Below are positions 39,101-54,000 of a stretch of 64,000 bases of DNA, piece after piece (position 1 is the stretch's first letter; each line of letters starts with the position of its first letter). The notes under the pieces are model-generated. The model saw only the letters and a list, made by a program, of their open reading frames with translations. It was not told the origin of the DNA and made no database searches. The translations under genes and the position numbers were made by a program. Source of the stretch: Octopus bimaculoides (Eukaryota). The stretch lies in assembly GCF_001194135.2 (NCBI RefSeq), contig NC_068991.1:9671153-9735152 (forward strand), read 5' to 3'.

Positions 39101-41145
39101 TACAGTACCCACTAACTGTCTATAGGACCTATTCATGGTTCTATTTTACAATTGGGTCCACATAGTACCCTGCTGGCTATATTAGTGGCATGTACTATTT
39201 ATAAGTATCTATTTACCACATCCTTACCGTACCCTGATATTTACAATACTAATTTACCATGAAGATCACACAGTACCCCTACTGTCTATATCAGCAATTT
39301 GTATCTGCTCATGATACTAATTTGCACTAGGTCTGTACAGTAACCCTACTGTCTTAACTTACACCTGCTCATGGTACTAATTTATGATAAGGTCTGTCCA
39401 GTATCCCTGCTATCTTCAGCAATGGCTTATACCTATCTTTGATCTTAATTTACAGCTAGGTTTGTACAGTAATCTTGCTCTCTGTACTACAACTTATACC
39501 AACCTATGGTACCTACTTACATCTACATAAATACAAACTATATCTACTGTTTATTGGTGCTGTACTGTACCCACGCATTGTATTTATTTAGTTGGGTTGA
39601 TATAAAACCTTAACTGGTTATTTTCATACTATTTTGAACAGCAGATGCCTGTTCCCACCTCTGGTGTTCTTTCATATTCTTATACTTCGCGAATCACACA
39701 ACTACTTTTTAATACTTAGATCTGAGCACCAATCATAGTAATGTCTTACCTCAGACACGTAGGAAAGGGTGGGTATCACAGACACAACTAACTCCCCCAA
39801 TCCCAACCTGTATTCATCTGAATAATGTCTTTTTGTTGTGTTACAGGTAATGGCGTTGTTGTTAACCTGCCTGAATTATTCCATGAAATTGAGAAAAATG
39901 CTGCTAAGGGCCTTACAAACTGGCAGAATCGTTTGAAGATTTCAAACCGAGCTCATCTGGGTAAATTTATTATTATAATTATTGTTGCATTTAATGGCTG
40001 AAGCAGTAGGGTGACAAGAAGCAAAATTCCTTGCAATATTTCTTACAAATATATAGCGCTCAAGAACCATGTGGTCCTCAGTTCTGTCTCACTGCATCTG
40101 CATCACTCTTTGAGCAAGTACCTGTCCTCTACTATAGCCCTAGGTTGACAAAATTGTAAGAGTTTTGGTTCAAATTCTTTGTTTCGGTTCATGTTCTGAG
40201 TTTGGTTGCAATGATGCTACTGGGTAGCCATATTATTCTTTGCTGCATGGGTAATTGCCGTCTTCCATTTAAAAATATTTTAAAAAGTGGGTGGGGGTCG
40301 GGGTTGAAAGAAGGAAATCTTGACGTAAACCTGTTTTCTGGAGAGGAACTTTTCCTTGGGTAGACCCTTGATTTCACAAGATATAAAGATGCCATTGGTG
40401 TGTGTATGTGCTTGTGCTATGCATGGCTGTCTTGCTAAGATGTTAAATTCTTAACCACATAGTTTTAGGTTCAGCCCCACTGCACAGAACTTAGCCTTGC
40501 TTGATCAATGCCAACTGTCCATCAAATTTCCTTCTGAAATAGATGGAAACTGCAGAAAGCCTGTCGTTTCTCTTCCCCGCTCTCTCATGTTATTAATAAT
40601 CAGCAGAAGTTACAGAGTGGCTCAAGTGCCGAGAGTTCTATGCATTGGCACTCATCACTTGACAAGTGTTAACGCACAAAGCTCTCGGTTTTTGAATCAC
40701 TCTGCAACTTCAGCTGATCATTAATAAAACACACACGCACACATAGATAGATAGATAGATAGATACTCGTGTTTGGAGTTTTATTTTCCTGTTTGCGTCA
40801 CTAAACCTATATGTACGCATATGCATTTATACATGTGTGTGTTGTGTAAATTTCAAGTTTGTCACTGGTTTAGCCCAGCAGTGATGATGTTGACATGACC
40901 ACAGTCACTCTGTAGTTTCAAAAAATAGGAAACATAAAAAAAATTTTTTTTAAATGGAAAACAGTTCCTTTATGTGGAAGCGGGTAAAGGTTGGTAACCA
41001 GAAGGGCATCTGGCTATTAAACCCCATCTGCAATAAATCCTCTCCAAATTCATGCTAGCATGAGGAAAATGGATATTTAACGAACAAAACAAATGCATGT
41101 ACAGGTTTGTGCATGAACGTATGTATGTATATATATATGAGAGCA

Positions 41146-41182
<37 letters not shown>

Positions 41183-44100
41183 GCCTAAGTAATAAGGCAA
41201 AAGCTGTACTGTAAATATTGAGAAAAACTGAACAGGAGGTCACATTATTTGGCATGCAGAATTATGTAGTCACTCTTTTGAAATTTCCAAAACCTGTGAC
41301 TAATGGTTCTATTGTGATGTAAATGGCTTTGTGACATGTACAGGCGTTAACCATTTGCTATATAAAAGTTAATACAATGAATACACATTTATAGGTGCAG
41401 GCATTAAGCATTTGCAATATAAAAGTTTATAAAATAAAACATATTTATAGGTGCAAGTGTAGCTGTATGGTAAGAAGTTTGCTTCTTAACCACTTGGTTC
41501 TGGGTTCAGTTCTGTTGCATGGTACGTTGGACAAGTGTCTTCTACTATAACTTTGTGGAAATTGCAAAAAATCCCATCGTGCGTGTGTGNNNNNNNNNNN
41601 NNNNNNNNNNNNNNNNNNNNNNNNNNNNNNNNNNNNNNNNNNNNNNNNNNNNNNNNNNNNNNNNNNNGCCACTACTTGACAACTGGTGTCAGTGTGTTTA
41701 TGTCCCTGTAACTTAGTGGTTCGGCAAAAGAGACCAATAGAGTAAGTGCCAGGCTTTAAAAGAATAAGCACTGAGGTTGATTTAATTGGCTTATACAGGT
41801 GTCTTGTGGGCCTTTTTCAAAGCAAGAAACAAGCAGAGAATATTTTCTACTCTGGGCACAGGGCCTGAAATTTTGGGGGAGGCGGCCAGTCGATTAGATC
41901 GACCCCAGTACGCAACTGGTACCTGGTACTTAATTTATCGGCCCTGAAAGGATGAAAGGCAAAGTTGACCTCGGCGGAATTTGAACTCAGAACGTAAAGA
42001 CAGATGAAATACCGCTAAGCATTTTGCCCGGCGTGTCAACGTTTCTGCCAGCTCGCCGCTTTAAGAAACAAACTGAGAATGCCAAATGAAGCTTTTTTAA
42101 GTATCACCTTCACTTAATCTTTTGACACTCTCAGGAGATATGTGCCCTAATTGGGAATAACAGCACAAAAGTCATATCAGTTCAAGCTTGATATTTATTG
42201 CTTGTATAATAACTATGCCATTTTATTACAGGTTCGAAGTGGTTACTGTTGAAAAGTTCTTGTCCTGTACTTGTTTAAAGTGGGCTGTGTTTACAGTTCT
42301 TTATTGCTCTTGTTTCGTTACATTCATACATACCTGTTGGCGCAGGTGTGGCTGCATGGTAAAAAGTTTGTTTCCCAACCACATGGTTCCGGGTTCAGTC
42401 CCTCTGTGTGGCACCTTGAGCAAGTGTCTTCTGCTATAGCCTAGGGCCGGTAAAAACCTTGTGAGTGGATTTGGTAGACAGAAACTTGAAGAAACCTGTC
42501 ATCATCATCATCATCATCATCGTTTAACGTCCGCTTTCCATGCTAGCATGGGTTGGACGATTTGACTGAGGACTGGTGAAACCAGAAGGCTGCACTAGGC
42601 TCCAATCTGATTTGGCAGAGTTCCTACAGCTGGATGCCCTACCTAATGCCAACCACTCCGAGAGTGTAGTGGGTGCTTTTACGTGCCACCGACACGAGAG
42701 CCAGTCACAGGGTACTGGCAATGGCCGCGCTCAAAAAGGTGTTTTTTATGTGCCACCTGCACGGGTGTCAGTCCAGCGGCACTGGCAACCCTTTAGCGTT
42801 CAAATTATTCTTTCACAAGTAATGCTTATCTAGTCATTGTTCTGAATTAAACATGGATTTTGATGATGTCATAGTTTACCTTTAGGATGACATTGTGGGG
42901 TAGGTGTGAGGAGCTGGATCTGGCCAGTTTGAACATAAAACAAGTGGAATATTTCAGCCAGATATGGCTGGTTTAAATGCTAAAGGGTTAATAAAGCAAT
43001 TACTACTCAATTAATTAGTTTCGTCAGTCCTGCAAATTATTCAGGGCATAATTGAACATTTTATCAACATTTTAATAGATAAGCATTTCATCAACATTTT
43101 CAAAGTATATTTCTTAAAATGATGGAAACTGTTAAAATGATGTTTTCTCTGTTTATTTTAGTGTTTGATCTCCACATGAAATTGGATGGGGTTCAAGAAA
43201 TGAAAAGAGGAAGAAATTCGTGAGTAATTTTTTTAACAACAAAATTTCAGACTAAGCCAACTCTTAATTTACATGAGGATGTTTTTGGATTTTGTTTCCT
43301 TTGTTGGTGCCAACTTGGAAATTTGTATGTATATTGATGAGGTTTTGCTGTACATCAATTTGAATCAGTAATTTAAAAAAATTTTTTTTTTTTTAATTGT
43401 ATTTCACTTCATATATTAAGACTCCAGTGCTCTTTTGTCAAGCATAACTGCTATTCATAATCCTTCTTTTCCAGAGCATTATCTCTTCAAAATTCCTTCC
43501 TTGTCCATGTTTTCTTGCAATCATTAACTTACCAACATCAGTTGCATTAAGTCTCACTTTTGAAATCTAAAACAAAGAAAAATTTTAAGTTGGATTGTCA
43601 CTCCCTGCAATTCTATCACCACTAAATGTTATACTTTCTGATGATGAAGAAATAATTGTCGTTTAACTCATTAAGATAACTCATGGAACGCTCTTCAATG
43701 TGGAGAATGTAGAGAAAAAGTAAAGCTTGGAAAGAAATGAAGCATGCTGGAGATGTAATGTTAGTGTGAATGAATGATGGAATGCAAATGTGTTTTGAGA
43801 GAAAGAGCAGTTTGAAGATGAATCAGATGTAGTGTGTAAGAGAGAAGACTGCGCTGATAATGGACATATGATGCATAAGGTGACAGCTGGGTAGTGAATT
43901 GTCAAGGCAGTATCCAGTGGGAAGAGGAAAAAGTAATGGAGCCCTGTGGCTGAAATTGACCATAAATATTGCAAAATTTTATCATTTCTTGTTCCTTTTT
44001 CAATTAACCTTACACTGATATAAACTCCTGTATAAACTAAATGATGGGTTTCCTCACAGTTTCCATCTATGAAATTTCAGTCAGTCACATTGGTCAACTT

Positions 44101-47100
44101 GGGACTGTTGTAGAAGATGCTTGCCCAAGGTGCTGCACAGTGAGATTGAACTTGGAACCACATGATTGCATAAAAAATTTCTTAATCATACGACCATTCT
44201 GCTGCTCATCCTATGTTTATTTTGCTTCAGTATTTTGGTTTGAGCTGTCTTCCCCTTCAATTCAAATTATTTGTTAAGTTTTTGTTGTGTGTCTCATTAT
44301 CTACTTACCATTTTCTCTTTTAGAATTGGAACCACTAAGAAAGGAATTGGTCCAACATATGCCTCTAAGGTATGCAAAATCTGTTGTTGATTCTAAAATT
44401 CTGATAACTTCTGGCATTCTAATGATTTTTTTTTTTATATAAAGAAGTCTCATAAAATAAATATTTTACCCAGAAGTCTAATTTGTAATTGCTTTTTTCA
44501 CCTTTTGATTCTACTGAGCCACATCTTGGGAATGTGTGCATGTCGTCTAACATCTTTGGGTCGGCTAAAGCCATCCAAGTGCAATAGAGTTAACAGAAAC
44601 TGTGTAGAAGACCATCAAACAGACTTAAGTTACTCTTGAGTGGTAGACTGTCTAACATCACCATTTAGCCCTTGTGAGCCTTCAGTAACTAGTCCAAAGC
44701 TGCTAGTCTGGGATAACTCTACCCGTCATAAATGTTAGAGGTCTTATAGAAAGTCTATGACTAACCCATTTATGAGATCTTGTGTGAGAAGTTATCATTC
44801 AGTCTTGTCTTTTATTTGGATATACTATATTATCCAATATCCAGTTTAACTTTTCTTTTTTTATGGGTGTTTAGTTGCAATTTTTAGCAGGTTGAGTGAG
44901 CTTGTAGAAAATCTCTTGTTTGTATGTGAAAAGTTTGCTTGTTAGAATTTTGGCTGAAGTTTTAATTATTTTTTTCAATCAAAATGAAAAATAAAAGAGT
45001 ATTAATCGACCAGTAATCTTCTATATGGTCAATTAACCTGCTAGAAATAGCAGCTGAATCTCCCATAAAACACATCCTTTTGTCTTAAACATGATGGACA
45101 TTGGATAATATCTCTGAATAAAACACAAAATACTAATGGCTTGAATTTGGTAATACATCTGCAGATTCAAGAGATGACTTGGTGTTAAACAGTACTAGCG
45201 GCCAACATATATTGGTCTTTTGTTGAATCAGTTTCTAAACACCAGTTTCATAATTGCAGTAAAGTTATTCATTCAGAACAATAAACTTAATTATTTTATT
45301 AAATATCCTCCAAATTCTTGATAATTTTTCAAACTTAAAAGAAAAATTTGCATTAATTTAAAATTAACTGGTTGGTTGCCAAGTTAATATATTCCTTGGA
45401 GATATCAACATATCTCCTGTGGGAGCATCTACATGATTGCTTGACGTGCTAAACAGTCACCAATTCTCCCTCAAAGCACATCCCTGCCATTTCAAAAGAG
45501 AAAATAAAATGGAGGGGGTGCATTATCAACACTATCCTAGGATTATAAAGGTGGGGGTTCTCAAAGTTAGAATTCTTTTTCATGATATCTGTTCAGCTAA
45601 TGCTGACCTAAAATCTTGAGATTTCTTTATACAATATATGTATGTATACACATATTGTATGTACATAAACTAAATAATGTTTTAATATGATTGCTAGGCA
45701 ACAAGGAATGGTCTGCGTATATGTGATCTTGTTGGTGATTTTAACCTATTTACAGAAAGGTAAGTATTTTCATGTCAATGATTTTGCTGTTGATATTTTC
45801 CTTATAACTTCATAAAATAGAATTGTTATATTTTCCTTTTATTGTTGTTACTGTGGAACATATTTAATATATACCATATACACTCAAGTCAAAGTCGATT
45901 TAAAAAAATTTTTTTAAGCAGCTTTTCGAGGGGTGGGTTTAAAAAGTATGGTGTCAACTATTGCATGAGCCCCTACTTCAAAAGATCTAAAATTCATATG
46001 TGAATGAATCCATAATATATCATTGGTGAAGTTCTTATTATATAAATGGTTAAAAATATATGAATTGTAGTGTTGCTTGTTCATTGAAAAACACATCTTA
46101 CAGTCATCATCATTTAACATTGATTTTCCATGCTGGCATGGGTTGAATGGTTTGGCAGGATCCAGTGAGCTGCAAGGTTGCACCGTGTTCCTGCGTCAGC
46201 TTTGACATGGTTTCTATGGCTGGATACCCTTCCTTAATGCCAACCACTGTACAGTGTGTACTAGGTGCCATCAGTGGTAGTAAGGTTGCTGAATAACTAG
46301 CAAGAGAAGAAAAGAACAAGAAAAAATAAATAAAATAGTTTTTTTTTTCAACTAAGTGGGGAATGTACAGTGTGAACCGAAAGTCACGCACAAAATATGT
46401 TCAATATGCTCTGGAGTTGTTAAAGACATGCTTCAGTTTATCTAAAATTGAATGAAATAAAATAGTGATGAATACACGTGCTTGTACATGATGAATAAAT
46501 GACTGAATAATAATAATAATAATAATAATTTAAATAAAACGTCATGTTTTGGTGTGTGACTTTTGGCCCACCCTGTACTTGAGAGTGGGGAGTTGGCTTT
46601 ACACTAGGTGTTGGGAGGTTAAAGTCTGACATACAAGCACAGGTGTCTTACTATAGAGGAGATGCATGACTACCCCACATTATATGTGGGTGGGCATTGT
46701 ATCTCCTGTATAAGTAACATTTTCAAAAATCACAGGTCACATAACCCTTGGTAAATTGGTAAATATTTCATCTACTTTTTGCTTTTTGTTTTTTCACTGG
46801 TGAAAACCTGATACTTACCATCTAGCACTTGTCTTAAATCTAAAATTCCAGCCTAGTCTTCTTTAATTCCTGTTGTACATAAATTCAGATGGCTTCATAA
46901 ATGTGATACATGCTCCATTTTGACAAAACTATAAAATGCAGCTGCATGTACCAGGTAAATAGTACTCAATAAGTGTTCCAAGGAAACTATATCTCAGCTG
47001 ATCTGTGTACAGAGAAAGACTGCAAAAAGTGTGAAATATGTAAAATTGGTGGAAGATCTTGTAAAGTAAGAAATCAGTATTTACTTTGAGGAAAATTGTG

Positions 47101-47489
47101 TGTTGATATGATATAAATAAATGTCCAGTTGTTATTGGCCACCAGTACAGTGGTTACATCGTCAAATGGTAAGTTGACAAAGATTTGCTTTCAGGTTGTA
47201 ATAATGTGTGTCAATAAGTATGTGAACCTTATAATGTTGCTTAACAACATTATAAAAAGGAATTTCTGTATCCTACCTTTATATGTACAAATTCATAGGT
47301 TGATCTGTTATTTCTGAAATGCTAAGGCTGACTTTTACTTGTGATTTAAGAATTTATTTCTAACGAAAAGAAGTGGTGGAGGTAACTTTCAGATGGGGTC
47401 GACTTCACTTGAGTATATATGGTATATAGATACTGTTGGAATGTTAGAATATATTGTTATATGTTGTAGTGCACTGTATACAATAAGCT

Positions 47490-47546
<57 letters not shown>

Positions 47547-50500
47547 TATATGTATGAATGTATATTTTATATGCACTGTTTATNNNNNNNNNNNNNNNNN
47601 NNNNNNNNNNNNNNNNNNNNNNNNNNNNNNNNNNNNNNNNNNNNNNNNNNNNNNNNNNNNNNNNNNNNNNNNNNNNNNNNNNNNNNNNNNNNNNNNNNNN
47701 NNNNNNNNNNNNNNNNNNNNNAACTATGAAGGGAAAATGTTTTGTACCAAGATTTTAACACTAAATTAGGGATATGACTTATACATGAGTAAGTACAGTA
47801 TATTACATTTTAATTATATATATGTATATACATATATATATATTTTGATGTTACCAGTACCGTTATTAATTTCTCTGGTGATTCAGATAAACAGCCTACT
47901 GCTGGTACACACTGCTGGGAAACAACACAAAATCTGAGTAAGCTTTCTCATCTAGTTTGTAATCCGACCAAATTTTATTTTAGAAGACTTCTACCTCCCA
48001 AAAAAAAAAAAAAAAAGAAAAAAGAAAGGAAAGAAAAAGAAAAGAGAGTTGTTTTGTTAAATCAATTTGTTTTGCCAGTTGCTATATTTTTACATGTTTC
48101 TCAGGGTAGTCCTACATGTTTGAGTATGGGGCTTCACATGTGGCCGTTGCTTTTGCAAGAAAGCAAGTTACATGCACACACATACCACACCATACACAAA
48201 TATCTCTCTTTTCCACTTGTGAGTATATCTCTAGCTGACTTAGTAACTCTCTTGCTTGGCAAGGACCTTAACATGTTTTTGCTTCAGTGTTTTATCTCCT
48301 GTGTGTATCTATATTTGGTGGGATGGACAAGTCCCGAGATTCACTACCGTCTCTCCATTTCCATTTTTATTCACCTTATTTCTTTTTTTTTATTGTCCTT
48401 TCTAAAATTTGATCAATGAGTTTGTAGCAAATGCTGTTAAATGAATCACTATTTTTTTCTTTTTCTCATGTATTGTGACAGATATAAAATTCTTTGTTCT
48501 GATTTGTTGAAGTTTTGTTTTTTAAATATTATATACACTCCTTTATATCATTCTTGCAGGGAGTGCACAGTGAGTATTTCAGCCCCACTCTCATCTCTTT
48601 TCTACAAGCGTTTACACTAAACTTCAACTGTTATTAATTTTCCATTGTAGATTCAAGAATCTCATTGACTATCACAACACCTCATGTCCAGAGCTGACTT
48701 GGAATGTGGAAGAGGAACTGGGAAAATACAAGGTTAGCGCTTAATATTGATCTCTTTGTAGATAACAGAAAGGCAATTTGGACAGTAATAACAGCTATGT
48801 GTAAACATTACATGCAACTCCTCTACAAGAACCTTTTCTGTACCCCACTTCTCTCATGCTTTAACCCCTCGTCCCTCAGCATAAAACTAACCCCATCCTT
48901 TTGCAGGGTTTGTAAGTCTTGTGAGTTGCATGGCAATTTCACTAGTGCCAGTGGCACAAAAAAAAAAAGAAAAAAAAAAGAAAATGACACTGCACATGCT
49001 GTAAAGTGGTTGGCATTAGGAAGGGCATCAGGTTGTAGAAACTATGCCAAAGCAGGCATTGGAATACAATGCAGTTCTTGGATGCATCAGATCCTGTCAA
49101 ACAGCCAAACCCATCCCAGCATGAAACATCATCATCATCATCCTTTTATGTCTATTTTTCATGCTGGCATGGGTTGGATAAATAGATACCATTGCATCAG
49201 CCAGGAATCAAACCTGGGCTGTCCACATGACAGGTGAGCATTCTACCAGATGATTATCACACACATACATGCCACATATATTACTTTATTTTCCCCTTTT
49301 TTCTTTCTTGTGTAGATCTTGTGCAGCCAAAATAGTGGGATAATTCTTAGTGACATAAAACGGTAGTTGAGGCTTTAATGAAAATAAGTTTCTAAGTGCA
49401 GATTAAAATTAGTCAACAAAACATGACAACATTTAAGAGCAAGGTTTTATGTGACTGTGAATACAAGGTTATTTTAAATGCCACATGTTTAGAGTGGATA
49501 ATTTTGCTGTGATAAAAATGAGAGAATAAACAGAGTTTTTAAGTGAACTGACAGAGATGAGTTACTGTTTGTTGTATTCATTCAGCTAAGCATCTACTAA
49601 ATCACATGTTGAGATGAACTGAACAAAGAGTCTTGCTTGAAGTATAGATGTTGTCAATGCAACGGATGTGAAAGAATGTGTAGCTATTCTGTGACATTTG
49701 GATTGGTTTTGTAACTGTAAACAGTTATTTAAGCTGCATTGGTTTGTGTGTTTAATAGTTGGGCATTCACTTATCTACCCTTGTTCATGCAACCTGTGTG
49801 AATTTGGCTTAGTCGTGCTAAAACACAAAAAAATATGTAGCTTGTGGTAGCTGCTGATAAATCTATAAATGGCTTGTGACAAGTAAAGCTGTAAATTCCC
49901 AATGTATCATGTCCGTTGGAGAAGTTGGATTTACAAGATTACAACACTGGTGTGTAAAGAAGTGGTATGTAACTTCCTAAATAGTTGTCTATCATGGCTG
50001 GTAAATAGTTGTGCTAATTGATCAATTCACTATGCAGGTGTCACCTTATGCACCATACCTTGCAATGATGGCTGAATGAAAAGTGGGAGCCATCAAAAAA
50101 AGCTATTGCAGTGAAAGCTGTCAAGGAAGGGCCTTCTGAATGGGGCAAGGATCTGAAATATAAAGGCATTCAATTCTGAGATAAGGGGTGCTGAAACCCA
50201 TAAAGCCAAATGTGTGCTGTGTCTTTATACACTTGGAATGGTCCATAAGTTGTAATAAAAGTAATAATTTCTCTGAATCAGTGTTGTAAACATCTAGGCT
50301 ATCTTAGCAGCATTGTAGGCCCCTGAGAAAATCTAATGTAATGGACCCAACAGTATTTATTTGACAGCAAGGCAAAGTATACATAGACCAGAATTGGCCC
50401 CCTAGATCCATGGGGCCTTGAGGCAACTGTCCAATGTGCTCATACCTCAAGATGGCACTGACAAACAGTCTACATTCTTTTGAATATAGCAGTTTTAACA

Positions 50501-51043
50501 GCTTGTGTTCTTGAAAAGGAAAGCAGACAGTAAATTTTGGTATGAATTTTACATCTGCATACCCTTGTCACAAATAACATGGTAACATGGACAGATGCAC
50601 ATGCTCACACACACATTATTGCTAAAACTGTGTTACAGACACTAGAGATTCTTTCAAGTAGCAGTTGTCTAATTTGCAAATATTAAAGCCCCCTCTCCCC
50701 ATGCAATACTGCTTTTTTTTTTCCTCTTTGCATCCCTCTTTTAATGCAAAGACAAATTGAGTTTGCATTGATATAATTCTGTCTTTACCAGGATGTTGAA
50801 TATGTTTAAAAAGTGGGGAAAAACATGTTCGTTTTATTAAACATGTCTATTTGTCCACCCATTTTGCAATCTTCACAACCTCTTCTCTTAGTTGATTGAA
50901 ACCCCACTCTTTTCTCACCTTCCTGTGAAAAACACTGCTCTGGTGTCAGGAAATATTTCACTTTAGGTGAGTCACTGATCTTCAAGACACTTCAAATAAG
51001 ACCCTCCACATAACAGTACAATTCACATTTATAGGACTGCTGT

Positions 51044-51089
<46 letters not shown>

Positions 51090-54000
51090 CTCAAACTGAA
51101 TTCAAATTATAACCATTTGATTGCTTGGTAGAAATTCACTCATTAATATACTACAACCACTGGCTTAACAACGTACAGTTACTTCTTTCACTGTTGCAAT
51201 GGCCTCTTTTCCATTGAAGGAAATGTCATCTGGCTGGTGACTTTGATGTGGTTGATGTTTAATTTGAATTACTGTCAGCTGATGTTTGAACTAGATGATG
51301 TATGAAGGCAAACATTGGAAAAAAAAGAAACAAAGAAAGCGACCAGCCTTTGTTTCATTCTATGTCCATTGTTTTTGTGATGTGGTTCCTGGTGACACTC
51401 CTTAAATGTTTAATTGAATGCATTTAGGTCAAGGTAGAGAGTTCACTGCTGTGTGTGTTTGTGTGCATACACACACACACATACACATTAATAAGATATC
51501 TCCCAGACAGCAATACTCTTACACCTTACGATACTAATAATCTGGCGTTAGAACTCAATTTACAGCTAATTTTGTTTTCCATTCTTATTAATTTAATTTC
51601 ATATTACACTCTGTAATTATGTGTGTGATATTGAACACTATACTCTAAATCATCAACATAATTATGTGTGTCTTCTCTTTGTATAAGTAAATACATATCT
51701 ACTAAATGCTTTTTACAATGCATAGGATTATTAAATCACTGTATGAGCTGTAGATATTTCTCTCTTTCTATATATTTATCTACTATGATGTGTGTATGTA
51801 CATATATTTACTTGCATGTATATTTGTATGTATATATGAATACATACACACACACAATGGACTGAATGACAACATTGCATACGCATGTCTAAATAATTTT
51901 CTTATCTTGGATACATATTTATTTCAAGTTTTGTATATATGTACATATTTGTCTATATAAAATCAAAATAAGCAATAAGGATATCCAGAGGTAATGCAGT
52001 ACGATTGTTTCATGCGACTCCATTTAATTGAACAATGTAAACATTACATCAAATATAAAATGTAGAGCAATCTTCAGCTGCACAAAGACATAGAAATTTA
52101 TTTGTGTATATATGTATATATGTATATGTAATGGTAAACTTACTTGGAAATGGATGCGTGGCGTTCAATTAACCCTTTCTTTACCAACCCGGCTGAAACC
52201 GGCTCTGTCTGTTAGTACTGCCGGTGGCTCGTAAAAGCACCCACTACACTCTCAGAGTGGTTGATGTTGGGAAGGGCATCCAGCTGTAGCAACTCTGCCA
52301 GATCAGATTGGATCCTTGTCCAGCCATCCGGTTCACTAGTCCTCTGTTAAATTGTTCAACCTATGCTAGCATGGAAAGCGGACGTTAAACGATGATGTTG
52401 ATGATATATATATATAAGCCTATGTATATATATGTCTATGTATATATGCATATGTATATATACATAGATATACATATAATACATTAATATATATATGTAT
52501 ATATATATTGTCCAACCCATGCTAGCATGGAAAGTGGACGTTAAACAACGATGATGATGATATATATAATACATTGAAAGACTGCTTGAATCTTGCTTGC
52601 TTGCAATGTTACTCAGCAAAACTGGTGCATAATCGGGAAAATTTTATGAATTAAGTCCCTCCTGAACTGTAAATATGAATGGAATAAAACAAATTTCCTG
52701 TAAATCAGACCAGTGGTTGTAGAGATACTAGTTGTTTTCACAGTATAAATACCTAAAATGGTTTATAGTAGGAAAAAATTCTGAAAGTAAACTTTACTTG
52801 AAAGGGAAGTAACTCTTACTTTTCGATTAGACACAATGACTTGATGATAAAATATGATTTGTTTTTTACACTAAATATTTCTCTTTTTGTTTTTGCTAAA
52901 CACAATATGTTAATCATTTAGAAATATTTTTAAGGGAATGTGATTTCAAAAATGTGAGTTGTGTGTACAGTAACTATTTATAGTTTAGTCTTCTTGAAAT
53001 AGACAGTATGTTTTTATTAATTAGTTTCAACTGAATACTGTTACAAAAATTTATTTTGGCAAATTTTAAAAATATTTTAAAGTGAAAATGACCTCAAAAA
53101 TACGGTAAATATTTTGTAAAAGACCCATTTGTAACCTCAGTGTAAAATAATTTTTTCTATAGGTTTTTTTCGAGTGCATTCAACGTATCTCTCCTCCAAA
53201 GATTTTACTGCTATTTCTAGCAGACCCTGCTGCTATGTAACAGCTATTTGCAACAAAGGACCCAAAATACCTCTCACGTGGTTGAGGACATGCAAGAAAT
53301 AGCAGCCAAATCTTACCTTTTCTGGGGAAAGGAGCCGTTTACACGTGATTTCGATGTCACATTCATTGAAAGCATGCGAAATATCCTGGGAATGAAAAAA
53401 AAAACCCCACAAAACAGAACTTTGTTGCTGGGAAACTCAGACTTTCCTGGTGACCCAGCGGGTCAAGGGTAGTCTAGTACAGTGCTACTCAAAGTGGTAA
53501 TCTGCAGACCAGTGCTGGTACACGGAGAGTTGCTAGAAAAGAAAGAAGCATTGTAAAATGCTTATGTAAAATTGCATTGTTTGTTTACAAAATAAATATA
53601 AGATAAAAAAAAAAAATTGTCAACATTTATTATATTCATTATATATACTGTTTCCTGTATAAATTAATATTACTAAGAAATATTACTGGTCCCTGATATA
53701 AAAAAAAAACAAAAAAAAACTACCGGAATGCCACATCCGATAGTTTGAGAAGCACTGGTCTAGTATATATTATATATATGTATGTATACATATACATACA
53801 TACGGATATATATATATATATATATATATCCATACATATATAATATTGTATGACTGCTCCCCACTACCCACACCCCCATCCTATTTTTCTAACCAGTTCC
53901 TACACTCATATTCTTGTTACTTGTAAGTATACCCTAACACTACACCATCTCTCTTCTGCTCTCTCTTACATTTTTGCTGTTTCTTACTCCCTCTTTCCCT

